Shown in pieces: positions 11,189-21,043 of a DNA stretch of 64,000 bases (positions within the stretch are counted from its first letter, which is position 1; every line of letters begins with the position of its first letter). Source of the DNA: Plasmodiophora brassicae. Its lineage: Eukaryota. Location of the stretch: assembly GCA_036867785.1 (NCBI GenBank), contig CP145428.1:186001-250000 (forward strand), read 5' to 3'. The notes beneath the pieces were generated by a model that made no database searches, was not told the origin of the DNA, and saw nothing but the letters and a program-made list of their open reading frames with translations. A program made the translations under genes and the position numbers.

Positions 11189-13611
11189 GGCTTCACAATG
11201 AACATCGCCGGCAACGTTCAGCTGATCTCCGCGGCAGCGTTGCTGAGGCTAGACCTACACAGTATGTACATGTTCGACAACGACAACCCGTTTCTGTTCG
11301 GGTGCCCGGACTCGTTTCCGGCGTCGCTACCGATTGAATTCAAAGGCGAAATCAAGGCGTACGTGCTGAACACTATGGAGCGAGCCTGGCTGCATGCGAC
11401 ACTGGTCGACGAGGAGCAGTGGCCCAGCTTACGCAACCATCCGTGGAGGCGCAAGTACGTGCAGCTTGTCGAGCAGTTCGAACGTTCGACTGGCGTTCAG
11501 ATATCCTCGTATCACCACGTCAGGCGCCAGCTGTCAAACTTTGACGCTTTTTGTCAGACTGGGGACATTCAGCAGCAGTACCATGGTCTATGCCTTCCAA
11601 GTCGCCTGGATTGCTGCGATCGTCTTCTAGTCGGTACGTCTTTCGTAGGGCGGATGCTGCTGTTAATCGTATTTAATCGTTGCAATTCTTAGGTGCGTGT
11701 CTCTTTCGAACACATGATGCTGATACCTCCTACCGGAAGTCGAGCAATCGTCACTTCTTGGCGAACTTCACTGACGACGGCCTGTACCTTGGAACAGCCG
11801 AAATGTTCTGCATGCTGGAGTTACCGTATTACGATGGTCATGGCCAATCTACCCTTTTCCCGATCATCCGCGTTTCCGCCTGGAAGAAGCTCAAGCGTGT
11901 TGGGGGATCTGTCGGCGGGAGACTGCCGCAGTTCATCAGAGGTTCGCATGCTCTTCGTGGATGTTTCTCATGTATTGATTTGTACATTTGTTCAGGCAAT
12001 CCTATCCGTCCTGGCGATGACGAATCGCCCTGGGTTGCTGCCAATGAGATCGAAAGCAACAATGTCGTCCTTGTTGCCTGCCAAATTCCGTGTGGTGGCC
12101 GTCATGTACACGCTAAACTCGTCTGCGTAGTTCCTCGTGGCAACATGGCACCGAGCTGTCTATATTCTACAGTGCCCAACGAATAAAAACATTCTGCACG
12201 GCGCGTCTAACCTTCACAACCGTAGCGCCTGAGCGGGCGCCCCTTTCGCAGCGCCGGCTCGGTAGTTCCCCACCAGGGCACCGTTTTCTTCCGTCCCGAT
12301 GGGGCCCTCTCCACCACACGATTGTCGAATGGGGCCCGACGCTGTTCCTCCACCACTCACTGACAAGGTGGCGCGCGATCCAAATTCCGATCCGGGCCCC
12401 GACACCGACGACGACTTGGCACCCGCATCCTCATTCTTCAAATGCCATCGGCAGCAGACGCATCGGTATACGAACGGTTCGCAGCGCAAGGACCTCACCG
12501 GGCCCTGACGCCGGAGCGCAAGGTTCTGTGCGCTTGGTTTCCTGGTCTGTATGCCAGGTATTCGTTTGTGTGTGTCCGAAGTCAAGGACGTTAATTGCTC
12601 TCGTTTATCAGTGTGTACACGTCAGGCCATCGGGAGCGGAACTGTCCCACTAAGAACGCCGTCCTGCATCAGAGAATCCTGGCGGAGGCGGCGGTACAGC
12701 TGGGCTTAATTGCCCGCTCAAGAGTGGACCATGGAAGACACCCGCCAGCGTATGTCGATTGTTTGGAATTCCACTTTATATGCGTTTCTAATTTGCCGAA
12801 GTCATCAAGCAGTACAGGAGGGCGCTACACAGAAGGACGGGGCAGGTTCGTCGCAGGACCTCATCAAATGCCATCTTCCGTGACCTCTCACGTACTCGAC
12901 CACGTCTGCCTCCGGCGTTTGATTTGATAACAGTCAGCTTGATGTGCAGTACGGAACGATAACCTATTCCAGTTCCTATTCCAGTTGAGGAACGAGTACA
13001 TCCAAGCGGCGGAGGAACCCGTCTTCGCCAGCACCTCATTTTATTCATTATTCTCGGGCGCGATCAAGGCGGCGCTGCGGGACGCGGTACGTATTCGACG
13101 GTTCTGGCGACTCCATTACTTACAATGCGTTCGGATGCAGTCCCAGTATCAAGTGCCTTCGCATCCGGCTGGCCCCAATGGTACGCAACGACAGCGTTTA
13201 ACATCATGTGTTCCCTCATTGCGTTATGTATGAATATAGGCGGCCTTGCGGGTAGGGGCGGTGGAGGGTACGACCGTTGTTGTTCACATCCAGTTGCATC
13301 ATTTGACATGCAGGTTTTAGGCCCTGAGGATGTTCGTGGGTGGCGGACAATGAAGCTCTGCCACTTAGGCGATCCGGAAGGCATATTGGCGTCGTGGTTA
13401 ACGGCGGATCGGCGCCCATCAAGAAACAGCTACCGTTCAATAAACCATTCGTTAATCTTATTCTATTCTATTGTTAACGGCAATACCAAATACGATAGTG
13501 TCTCAGAATCTGGGGTACCATTCTATTCTATTACTGGACGGAGCAAAAATTCAATCGAGATTTTTGGAGAATGCCCGTGGAGCGCATTTTTTGGGAAATC
13601 CGGTCCCGAAA

Positions 13612-13711
13612 ACGGCACTTAATTGGCACTACCTAGTGCCGAATTGGTGCCGCTAAACGCCGAAAAGGTGCCGATTGGGTAATGAAGGGGACGGCACTAA
13701 TTCGGCACTGA
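13612..13711. repeat. Right subterminal GGCAC(T)/GTGCC repeat cluster of CACTA element
   Basis: Multiple direct and inverted GGCACT/GTGCCG copies before the right TIR. Confidence 0.85.
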
Positions 13712-13724
13712 TATTTTTCCAGTG

Positions 13725-14316
13725 AATCCCTCTGCCGATGAACGCGTGGAGAACTTGACGGCCATTCGCCGTTACCTACACCGCCAACTGCATCGTGCTG
13801 TCAGCACCATGAAACGAGCTGCGGATCGGAAACGCCGACCTCATCCCGACTTCAAGATCGGGGAGTTGGTCATGCTCCGTCGAGGGGCAATTGCGACTGG
13901 CCGGCCATGCGGTAAGCTGGATGTCCAAATGCTCGGGCCTTTCGAAGTTAGTCGCATCGTTAATCCGGTCGCCTACGAACTCCTGCTCCCGGCATCCTTC
14001 CGCATCCACAACGTCTTCCACGCATCCCAACTGGAACCGTACGTCCCGAACGTGATACCCCATCGTGTGCAGCCTCCGCCACCCCCGATTCTGCTCGACG
14101 ACGACGACCAACCGCTGTTCATCGTGAAGGAGGTCCTGGACTCTCGATACCGTGCTGGTAAGCTGCAGTATTATATCGACTGGGAAGGGTACCCTGCATC
14201 CGAGCACCTGGGAACCCGCCTCCAACTTGCAGGGCACCGGCGGATTCGATCGCCTGCTCGCGGCATTCCACGCTCGGTACCCAGACAAGCCCGGACCCCG
14301 TCTTCGACGCCCGTAA
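13725..14316 (+). pseudogene. Pol 3' segment: integrase C-terminus and chromodomain, apparently frameshifted near the chromodomain end
   Basis: NPSADERV...GPFEV...IHNVFHASQL...FIVKEVLDSRYRAGKLQYYIDWEGYPASEH; the expected WEP motif (tgggaaccc, ~14209) lies in another frame. Confidence 0.85.
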
Positions 14317-14329
14317 AAGGGGACTATTA

Positions 14330-14475
14330 TGTCACGGTCGAGTCGCTGTCTTGGCGACTCAGCCGGCACGTAATTGGGCTCCTCCGCAGCGCACTACTAC
14401 AATAAACGTCCACGGCGTTGGACCGACCTCAGTCGGTCAATCCGTGTGGTTGACACATCTTGCTCTGTCGTCACA
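14330..14475 (+). repeat. Putative 3' LTR of outer gypsy element
   Basis: Starts TGTCAC shortly after purine tract AAAAGGGGA (14315-14323), contains AATAAA (~14401) and ends GTCACA. The 5' LTR is not in the window, so the right end is unconfirmed. Confidence 0.6.
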
Positions 14476-14609
14476 GTTTGTATCAGGAGCGGAATGCGTT
14501 CGTGGTCGGATACGCGTTATACGGGATATCGAGCGTTTGTGTGTTGTCCTTCGCTTCGTCACGATGTACTGCTAAATGCCGATCATTGATGTTAATCTGG
14601 CGTATGATG

Positions 14610-15110
14610 CTAGTAGATGCTAGAGAATGGCCGGACGAGGAGACGTTGGCGGAATTTCGCGATCATAGCGAGGCGGTCAGTCATCAGTGTGGCCGTCCGT
14701 GCACACCTGATGGCCTCGCCCTTAATGTACCCACGGATGCATGCCGGGTTGTGCTGCGACTGGGGCGGCAGGTATGTGCGAAAGGCGATCTTGTTGTTGT
14801 GCTTGAATACTATCAGGTTGAGGAACGCGGCAGCTGTAGTGGAAGTCGTCACGTTAGCTTCAACACCTGGGATTGTGTTGTTCATCAGGTTGATCACTTC
14901 AGTCAGCTTCTATGGACTTCCCCGATATCTGGCGAACACGTCCTCGATGAATCGGCCATAGTATCGAAATCGAGGCACGTGTTCTTCATCGAATCCCGCC
15001 ATGTAGATGTTGGCGCTGATGACGTTGTTGCCCATTGCGATAGCGTCCAGCTGTTTGTATATTTGCGAGCATGACTGAAAATAATTGGCCTCGCAGATGA
15101 GCAGCCCTCT
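14610..15110 (-). pseudogene. Penelope-like retroelement reverse transcriptase relic
   Basis: YKQLDAIAMG...ANIYM...YGRFIEDVF (degenerate YxDD), then AFLNL and HNPACIRGYIKGEAIRCAR typical of PLE RT C-terminus; contains a stop and deletions. Confidence 0.75.
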
Positions 15111-15240
15111 CAAAATAGTGTTCGGACTCCGAAAATGCCCTAAATACATTAAATAGAGGTCCGGAATGTACCGTAAATAGGCCTGTATTCGCTTCGTGCC
15201 AGCAGTCGCTGCCCTGAGGTCCTGGCGGCTCCTGGTCAGC

Positions 15241-15411
15241 ATGCCCGGCAGGGAGGCATCGAAAAGTTTCAATAAAGCACACTGCCTCGAATACGGTCTC
15301 AAGATCATAGGCCGAGATCCTGCGACGCATAAGGTGTGCTCTGAGCGATGCGCCTTCTGTGGGCGCGAGGAGGTTGGCGCGAAGCGCAAGAAGACGGAGA
15401 ACGTCAATTAA
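15241..15411 (+). pseudogene. N-terminal fragment of a putative hAT-like DNA transposase
   Basis: H.LEYGLKII.RD..T.KV.S.RC.FC GREEVGAKRKKTENV resembles N-termini of oomycete-type hAT-like transposases as I recall them; truncated. Confidence 0.45.
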
Positions 15412-15621
15412 GTACTTTGATAAGTTCAATTAATAGCCACAATCTTCTTTAAGAACCAACTTCTACGGCAAAAACAGCTGCATCCACCTGTGCATCCTCA
15501 CTGCATCACCAATGGGAACCCCCTGCATCCCCATGAAATTGCGCCCACGGCTCCCCCGTACGGAGTACGGACTGCGATGCGTACGGACTGCGATGCGGAC
15601 ACCCCTGTCAATTTCGAGGAG

Positions 15622-18117
15622 ATGGCTCGGCATCGTGCTCAGCGTCCGAGGCGCAACCGCCCACCCCTGGCTTCTGGTATGCTTTCGCGTCGCTCGTTTG
15701 AAACGTAGCAGCTTCTCAGAGCGTCTTACTGTAGCGTTTACGCTCACTGCTGCTCAAAAAGCTGTGGTTGCGCGACGCGTTGCTGAAGAGATCGCGAAGC
15801 TCGAGCTGCAGGTCAACGAGGAAGACCGAAGAAAGGTCTTCGGTAACAGAGTGCTTGCTGAGAATTCAGAAGCGTCTTACTACGTTCACTATCGTGGTCT
15901 CAAGTACTTCTGTGCCCTGATCGGCGACTACAAGTCGCTGATCCTGCTCGGTGACTGCATTCCCAAGTACGCCCCGTCCATGTTAGCCCGCATGATTGTA
16001 CGCTACATGGACTGGAAGACCGGCGAAGAAGGATCTGCACTGCTTGACGTTAATGGCGCCTCAGTTGTCGACGTTGACGGTAACGCTGTCGTATGCGACG
16101 GGCAGTGGAAGAATCCGGGAACACTTGTCCAGTTTCTCGCCGCCGTTTCGAACGCACACAAGGCCGCGGGCATGGACGGCGTTGCTTATGCCGAGCCATG
16201 CGACCAATGTGTCGATCTGTACGAAACGAGGGGTTCAGTCAGCGGCTGCCGCCATCATGCTGGACGGTCTGTGTTGAACCAGTGCGGAAACGTGAGGTTC
16301 AGTCAGGACGTTATGGAAGCCTACGCCCGGTTGAGCAAGGTCATCCTGCGTGGATTCGTCCCCCACGGCGACTCGATGGTGTCCCCAAAAGAACTCATGG
16401 ACCTTAGGAACGTTCTGATGGGCACAGGCAGGATCAAAGACATTCGTCTATGGACGATGATTCTGTTCTCGGTTCGTTTGTTTTGTAGACCGGACCGCCA
16501 ACTAGGCCACGAGAGCAGCTGCTCCCGTGGCCTAGTTGGGCGGTCCGGTCTACAAAACATCTCACCGGCGGGAGTTCGAGCCTCCCCGCAGTCCGCAGTG
16601 GACGACGACGAGTTTTGGGGAGGATGTGTAGATACGTTACGTACGGATGCGCCGGTCACGAGAGTAGGTCTGCGAGTCGCTTGCAACGGTAGGCGGCGGA
16701 CATCGCTCGATCATCGGGGGGCTTGAGCTTCTCCGGTGAGATGTTTTGTAGACCGGACCGCCCAACTAGGCCACGGGAGAATCAGTCAAGTGCAGAGTCG
16801 GCGATTTCGTCGAGCAGCTGACAGTTGTTGATGAAGGCGTCGTCAAGCAACTGGCGGTAACCATTAAGGGCAAGCGGGATACCAACCCAGTAGTTCTTCT
16901 TATCCACCGAGACGACGACGTTCCTGAGTTCTGTCTCCAGCGACACTTGTTAGCGTGGGTCAGTTTGTCGAGAACCGGACCCAACCGATCGGTATACCTC
17001 TTTCCGCACGCCAAGAAGCCCGATAGCCCGTTCCCGAAGAGCAAGTTTCTACGTAATGCTGGGAAGATTGTTGAAGCAGTGACCGAAAGAGATGGGCCGT
17101 GGGGGACTCACTGGATGCGGAAGACCGGCTCCCTGTTAGGGACCTGGGGCGGAGCGTCCGACATCGACCTCCAGCACGCGTTCCGTCATTCCTCGATGGC
17201 GATGACGTCACAGTACAAGGCGGACTCCTCAGCTCTGCTTGAGCATGCGAAGAATCAACCGTATGCCAACTCCCTGCATTGAGGTTCAGGTTACTGATAT
17301 CATTCCATTAGGGACGACGCCATGATTCGACTTGCACCGCGATGGCGTCCCATTTACGTGGAGAACCTGCAGATCAATATGAATGCGCGCCAAGTAGACG
17401 ACGACGTGGTTAGCCTTGCAAACGGATCCTATTCGTTCTACTAGTACATTCCACCTTGTAACCCTGAATAACCTAAGTAAGGTTCAGCGACGAGCACTAA
17501 ACAAGCTAGGTAAATAGTGTCCGGACACTAAATTGAGAGGGCTGTCAGGCGTGCCTGCCCACGACCTGGCACCGGGCACGTGAAAACCAACAAAGAAAAG
17601 ATTCGCGGAAAAGACGAAAGAGCTGTTTCATGGGTACGTTGCAGCGTCTTCACGCCAATGTCACCCTGACGTCAGACATGATGGCACGAATCAGGCTCTG
17701 CAGGCTGGTTCTGACAAATCGAGGAACGGTGCAATTTACCGAGGCGTCTTGAATGGTGCAATTTACCAAGGCGTTTTGAACTTCTTCCGCAGTCGGGGAA
17801 TTGCAAACAGTGACGCCGTGCAATGGCTCTTCGACGAGACGAAGCGGAGTAAGTGCATGCACTGACTGACAACAACGTGTGCTTAATGTGGTATTAAACC
17901 TGCAGTGATTAAAAACTTTCTGGCCAACGCCAAGGCTGCCGCTGGCGTCAGTACTCGCAAGGAACCAACAAAGCATCGCTTTAAAAGAGCGCCAACCGGC
18001 ATGATCACCGGAGACGGGCCCAAATTCCGCTTCTTGGAGCGTCTATGGGCCCGAATGAAAGAATCCCAGACGGCCATCCAGGCCTGGACGGAGAGGAGAT
18101 ATTGGAACGCGCTATGA
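15622..18117 (+). pseudogene. Crypton-type tyrosine recombinase, disrupted
   Basis: ATG 15622, intron 15677-15734, ORF to WTMILFSVRLF; resumes ~16779 with ESVKCRVGDF...IKGKRD...GTHWMRKTG...AFRHSSMAMTSQY (K, HxxR, H, Y of YR fold). The 3' exons are degenerate. Confidence 0.8.
16479..16779. mobile_element. Insert of inverted tRNA-like heads (SINE/MITE-like)
   Basis: 81-bp palindrome 16479-16559; 16522-16568 is the exact inverted repeat of 16733-16779; A-box TGGCCTAGTTGG (16528-16539) and B-box GTTCGAGCC (16574-16582). Confidence 0.7.
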
Positions 18118-18196
18118 CGTCGACGTTTCGAAACACGGCTGTCACCTGGCATTCGCAATCTGATTTTGATCCATAAATTAAAGCTAGCCCACATCA

Positions 18197-18330
18197 ATGC
18201 ACGGATGCATGCAACGGATGCAGCTGGTGATGCAGACGGATGCAGCTGGTGATGCAGACGGACGCAGGTGGTGCTGCATCCGCCTGCAACCCAACCTGCA
18301 GTCATTTTTGCATCCGATCTGGCGCCAGTG
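18197..18330. repeat. GATGCA repeat cluster ending in CCAGTG (putative right terminus of the YR-bearing element)
   Basis: Repeated GGATGCAG/TGATGCAG, inverse to the TGCATC cluster at 15479-15530. Confidence 0.6.
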
Positions 18331-18475
18331 GAATGTAGCCTGCGAACGTACAATTATTATTGTACGCTCCGCCGAATCAGGTTAAGGCACATTGCTATGG
18401 GACATTCGCGTCTACTACAGTACTGCTGCTCAGTTTCAGCTACGTACCGTACCACCTTGGGCATTAGTTATATTA

Positions 18476-20704
18476 TTAGTCTTCCCTATAGTACTTCGCA
18501 ACGACGCCACTCCAGACGGGGTCGAGTGATAGCAGGTCATATGTTGCCACGTTGTGACAATCTCCAATTTGCGACACCAAGCTAGCGATTCTGTGGGGAG
18601 AATCCTGTCCAAGAAGCGCCAGGACCTTCTCGAACGCGTACACGTTCTGCCCGTCCATGGCGAAATGCAGAATGCCCCTGTTGTACCGATCCCGCACGCT
18701 CAGCAGGCCCCAGATCTCGTCGGGCGACGCATACTGCTCCAGGTACCTGAACATGATGTCGATGACGGAATTGAGGCCGGCCGCGATCGCACCCATCAGC
18801 GCCGTCCTGCCATTGTTGGTGCGCACACTGATCAACTTCATGAACACGCCCAGCCTCACCGCCTTTTCGCAGAGGATGCCGACCATCTCCTCCACTCTAC
18901 CGATGGGTATGGGAGTCAACTCCTCCCGATGTTTCCACCCTGAGTAGACCGCCAGGTGCAAGCAGGTATGGTTGTCGCTATCAACGGATAGAATGTGGTC
19001 GTCCGGGATGACCCAGTCGGAAAGGACGCCTTCGCCGGCAAACGACAGGCGTTGAAACAGATCGACCACGCCAGCACTGCAGGCGACCAGCAAGGCGTCC
19101 TTCTCCATGTGCGACGGCGCTGCCCTTATGCGCCAGGCGGCGTCGCTACCCATGGTTTCCACGATGGCGCCCGCCGATCGCCATCGCGCGTGCTGGATGG
19201 CGAACAGGAAGGCGGGCAGACCGGCGGGCTCATGGAGCGTCTGACGGTCCATCTCGATCAGGCCACGTACGACATCGACATCATCCGTGAAGGCGGCACG
19301 CTTGATGGGCGTCAGGCCCTGGTCATCGGGTACCAGCAGCGACAGGCCGCTCTTGCGGACCATATCGTCCAGAAACGCCAGCGGGTGCGCCAGCTCCAGG
19401 ACGAAGCCGGCCAGGCTGCACCGGAAGTGCTGCAGGCGTGGTTCAACGGCGGCGGGCGTCATGTAGAAGTAGAAGCGACCCGTCTTGACGCGATCCGGCA
19501 GCTGGCCAACCAGTTGTCGAACCAGAACGCCAGCAGGTAGGCCCTGCATCATCAGGTGCATGACGTTACAGGCCAGGGCGTCGCGGTGACCGCGGTCGCC
19601 CATCAACTCAACGTAGCGTGCAGGCAGGAATGCGCGGTCCTGCTCGTCCAGGGCGAACCGCAGGTGGGCGACGGCGGCGTCGACGTCGTCCTCTGTCGTC
19701 GTCGGCACCTTCAGCGTGCTGTTGGCGGCGGCGCAGCGCGCCCGGAGCAGGTCCAAGCACTGACGGGTGGCCGCCCGGCTCCGGCGCGTCAGGCAGACCT
19801 CGGCGAGCGCGCGCAGCAGGAACTCGGCGGTGGGCGCCTCGATCAGACGGTCGAGGCGGTCCAGGAGCGCCGCCTGCGACGTCGTCAGCGGCAGGACGAC
19901 CTCCAGGACGGCGTAGACGCTGTGGAAGTGGATCACGGCCGGAATGCGCTCGGCCAGGTGCTTCAGATGGACGGCGCGCGTCAGGCCGCGGCCGGCGAAA
20001 TCCCGCATGTACACGTCGAGCTGGGCGACGACGTTGGCCGCGGTCAGGTTGCCGCCGGCGCCGCCCGCCTGGAACAGCTGATGTAGGATGCTCTCGTAGC
20101 GTATGTGCATGCCGGGCCGGCTGTCGAACATCGTGCGGGACGTTCTCGCAAGGCTGTAGCGCGCGCGCTGTTCCCCGACGTTATAGGACGCGACCTGCTC
20201 CCACAGCTCCAATGGCAAACTGGGGAGGGGCCCAGGCGCAGCACGATGGGCAGCGTGCGCCTCCTGCAGCTGATGGGTCACGTCATGAGCCGATTCCGAC
20301 GTCGGCGCCGGTACGGGCGTCGGTTCATCAGAGGACCTGACCAGATACAGCACGTGCAGGGCCGCCAGCGCGAGTAACCCGTGCGATGCGGTATCACGCA
20401 GAGCCGGCCATAATGTGGGGCGTTGCGTCGGTGCGGGTGCCCAGAGATGGTTCTGCGCCACGACGTCCGATGCCAGCTGCCCGACGGTGGCGCCGACCGC
20501 TACGGCCGTCAGCCGCGCTAGACGGCGAGCATGCGGTCGACCATGTCGGGCAATCGACGGTAGCCCAGGGACATGACGATCAGGCAGCAGCGGCCCCAGC
20601 TGGGCCTGTCGACGGGCGTCCGGCGGACGCTGCGGCGCTTGGTTGCCGGCGACGAGCAGCATCGACAGGAGGGCGACGAAGCAGGCGACGGCGATGGCGC
20701 CCAT
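18476..20704 (-). CDS. Secreted or membrane ankyrin-repeat protein with F-box-like motif
   Basis: Intronless; hydrophobic N-terminus MGAIAVACFVALLSMLLVAG; LPSLPLELWEQVASY; ankyrin repeats GLTPIKRAA, NHTCLHLAV, GRTALMGAI, RGILHFAM. Confidence 0.8.
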   Translation of the reverse strand: MGAIAVACFVALLSMLLVAGNQAPQRPPDARRQAQLGPLLPDRHVPGLPSIARHGRPHARRLARLTAVAVGATVGQLASDVVAQNHLWAPAPTQRPTLWPALRDTASHGLLALAALHVLYLVRSSDEPTPVPAPTSESAHDVTHQLQEAHAAHRAAPGPLPSLPLELWEQVASYNVGEQRARYSLARTSRTMFDSRPGMHIRYESILHQLFQAGGAGGNLTAANVVAQLDVYMRDFAGRGLTRAVHLKHLAERIPAVIHFHSVYAVLEVVLPLTTSQAALLDRLDRLIEAPTAEFLLRALAEVCLTRRSRAATRQCLDLLRARCAAANSTLKVPTTTEDDVDAAVAHLRFALDEQDRAFLPARYVELMGDRGHRDALACNVMHLMMQGLPAGVLVRQLVGQLPDRVKTGRFYFYMTPAAVEPRLQHFRCSLAGFVLELAHPLAFLDDMVRKSGLSLLVPDDQGLTPIKRAAFTDDVDVVRGLIEMDRQTLHEPAGLPAFLFAIQHARWRSAGAIVETMGSDAAWRIRAAPSHMEKDALLVACSAGVVDLFQRLSFAGEGVLSDWVIPDDHILSVDSDNHTCLHLAVYSGWKHREELTPIPIGRVEEMVGILCEKAVRLGVFMKLISVRTNNGRTALMGAIAAGLNSVIDIMFRYLEQYASPDEIWGLLSVRDRYNRGILHFAMDGQNVYAFEKVLALLGQDSPHRIASLVSQIGDCHNVATYDLLSLDPVWSGVVAKYYRED

Positions 20705-21043
20705 GGTGGCCAGCAGCAGGCGCAACCTGGGCGGTGACGCGTGCGCATCAAACTCGATCGAGTACATGGCGCCACTGTAGGTGAGCTGGGGCAGGCGCGC
20801 GCGCGCGGACCGCGACTGCTGCAGGCTGCGGGACGCCGCGCCACGTCCGACGCCAGATTTAGCGGCGGCGGACGCGCGCGCCCCTGCAGCTCGGGCCGGG
20901 TCGGTCGGTCCTCCCTGCAGGACGCCCGTGGTACACCTGCCGAGACGCCGTCGTCGTACGTACGCCGGTGGGGCAGTTCAGAGCGTCGTACGCCGCCCGG
21001 TACTGACGTCGGTACAGTGTGTGTTTCTATTATGGGTTCCCCG

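Larger units (their letters stand above)
3378..12186 (+). pseudogene. Multi-exon TnpD/TNP2-like transposase, disrupted by LTR element at 5924-11188
   Basis: Exonic ORFs carry VCCNGH, DWTDG, GIDG, C-x2-C-x3-G, HDPMH and HLPEVIRQWGPLSGFVWTYPMERWIK (DUF4218-like). Removing the LTR element restores ...TATQG-F-T-MNIAGNV (ORF 11198). Start position is uncertain. Confidence 0.85.
3035..13724 (+). mobile_element. CACTA/En-Spm (CMC) DNA transposon with CACTG termini
   Basis: Perfect 13-bp TIR CACTGGAAAAATA (3035-3047) / TATTTTTCCAGTG (13712-13724); 3-bp TSD AAT (3032-3034, 13725-13727); clustered (A)GTGCC subterminal repeats at both ends; TNP2-like transposase motifs inside. Confidence 0.95.
1..14475 (+). 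mobile_element. Ty3/gypsy chromovirus-type LTR retrotransposon (outer element; 5' part outside window), split by a CACTA insertion
   Basis: The pol frame is open from the window edge, with RT (KIDLRSAY, YLDDILI), RNase H (ETDASD, DKELLA) and integrase (H-H-C-C zinc finger, SMDFI, SDRG, QTERVN). It resumes after 13724 with the integrase C-terminus and a chromodomain, then a purine tract and TG...CA LTR candidate. Confidence 0.93.

Noticed and set aside
10966-11214. N-terminal extension of the 1638-aa ORF and the matching ORF 5865..6113
   Set aside because: Stop-free read-through of the LTR starting in flanking DNA; not a credible gag N-terminus.
16521-16595. Functional tRNA gene
   Set aside because: A and B boxes are present, but there is no paired acceptor stem after the T-arm and no 7-nt anticodon loop; treated as a tRNA-derived repeat.
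17729-17782. 27-bp tandem duplication GGTGCAATTTACC.AGGCGT.TTGAA
   Set aside because: Local duplication within the decayed YR 3' region; no evidence of function.
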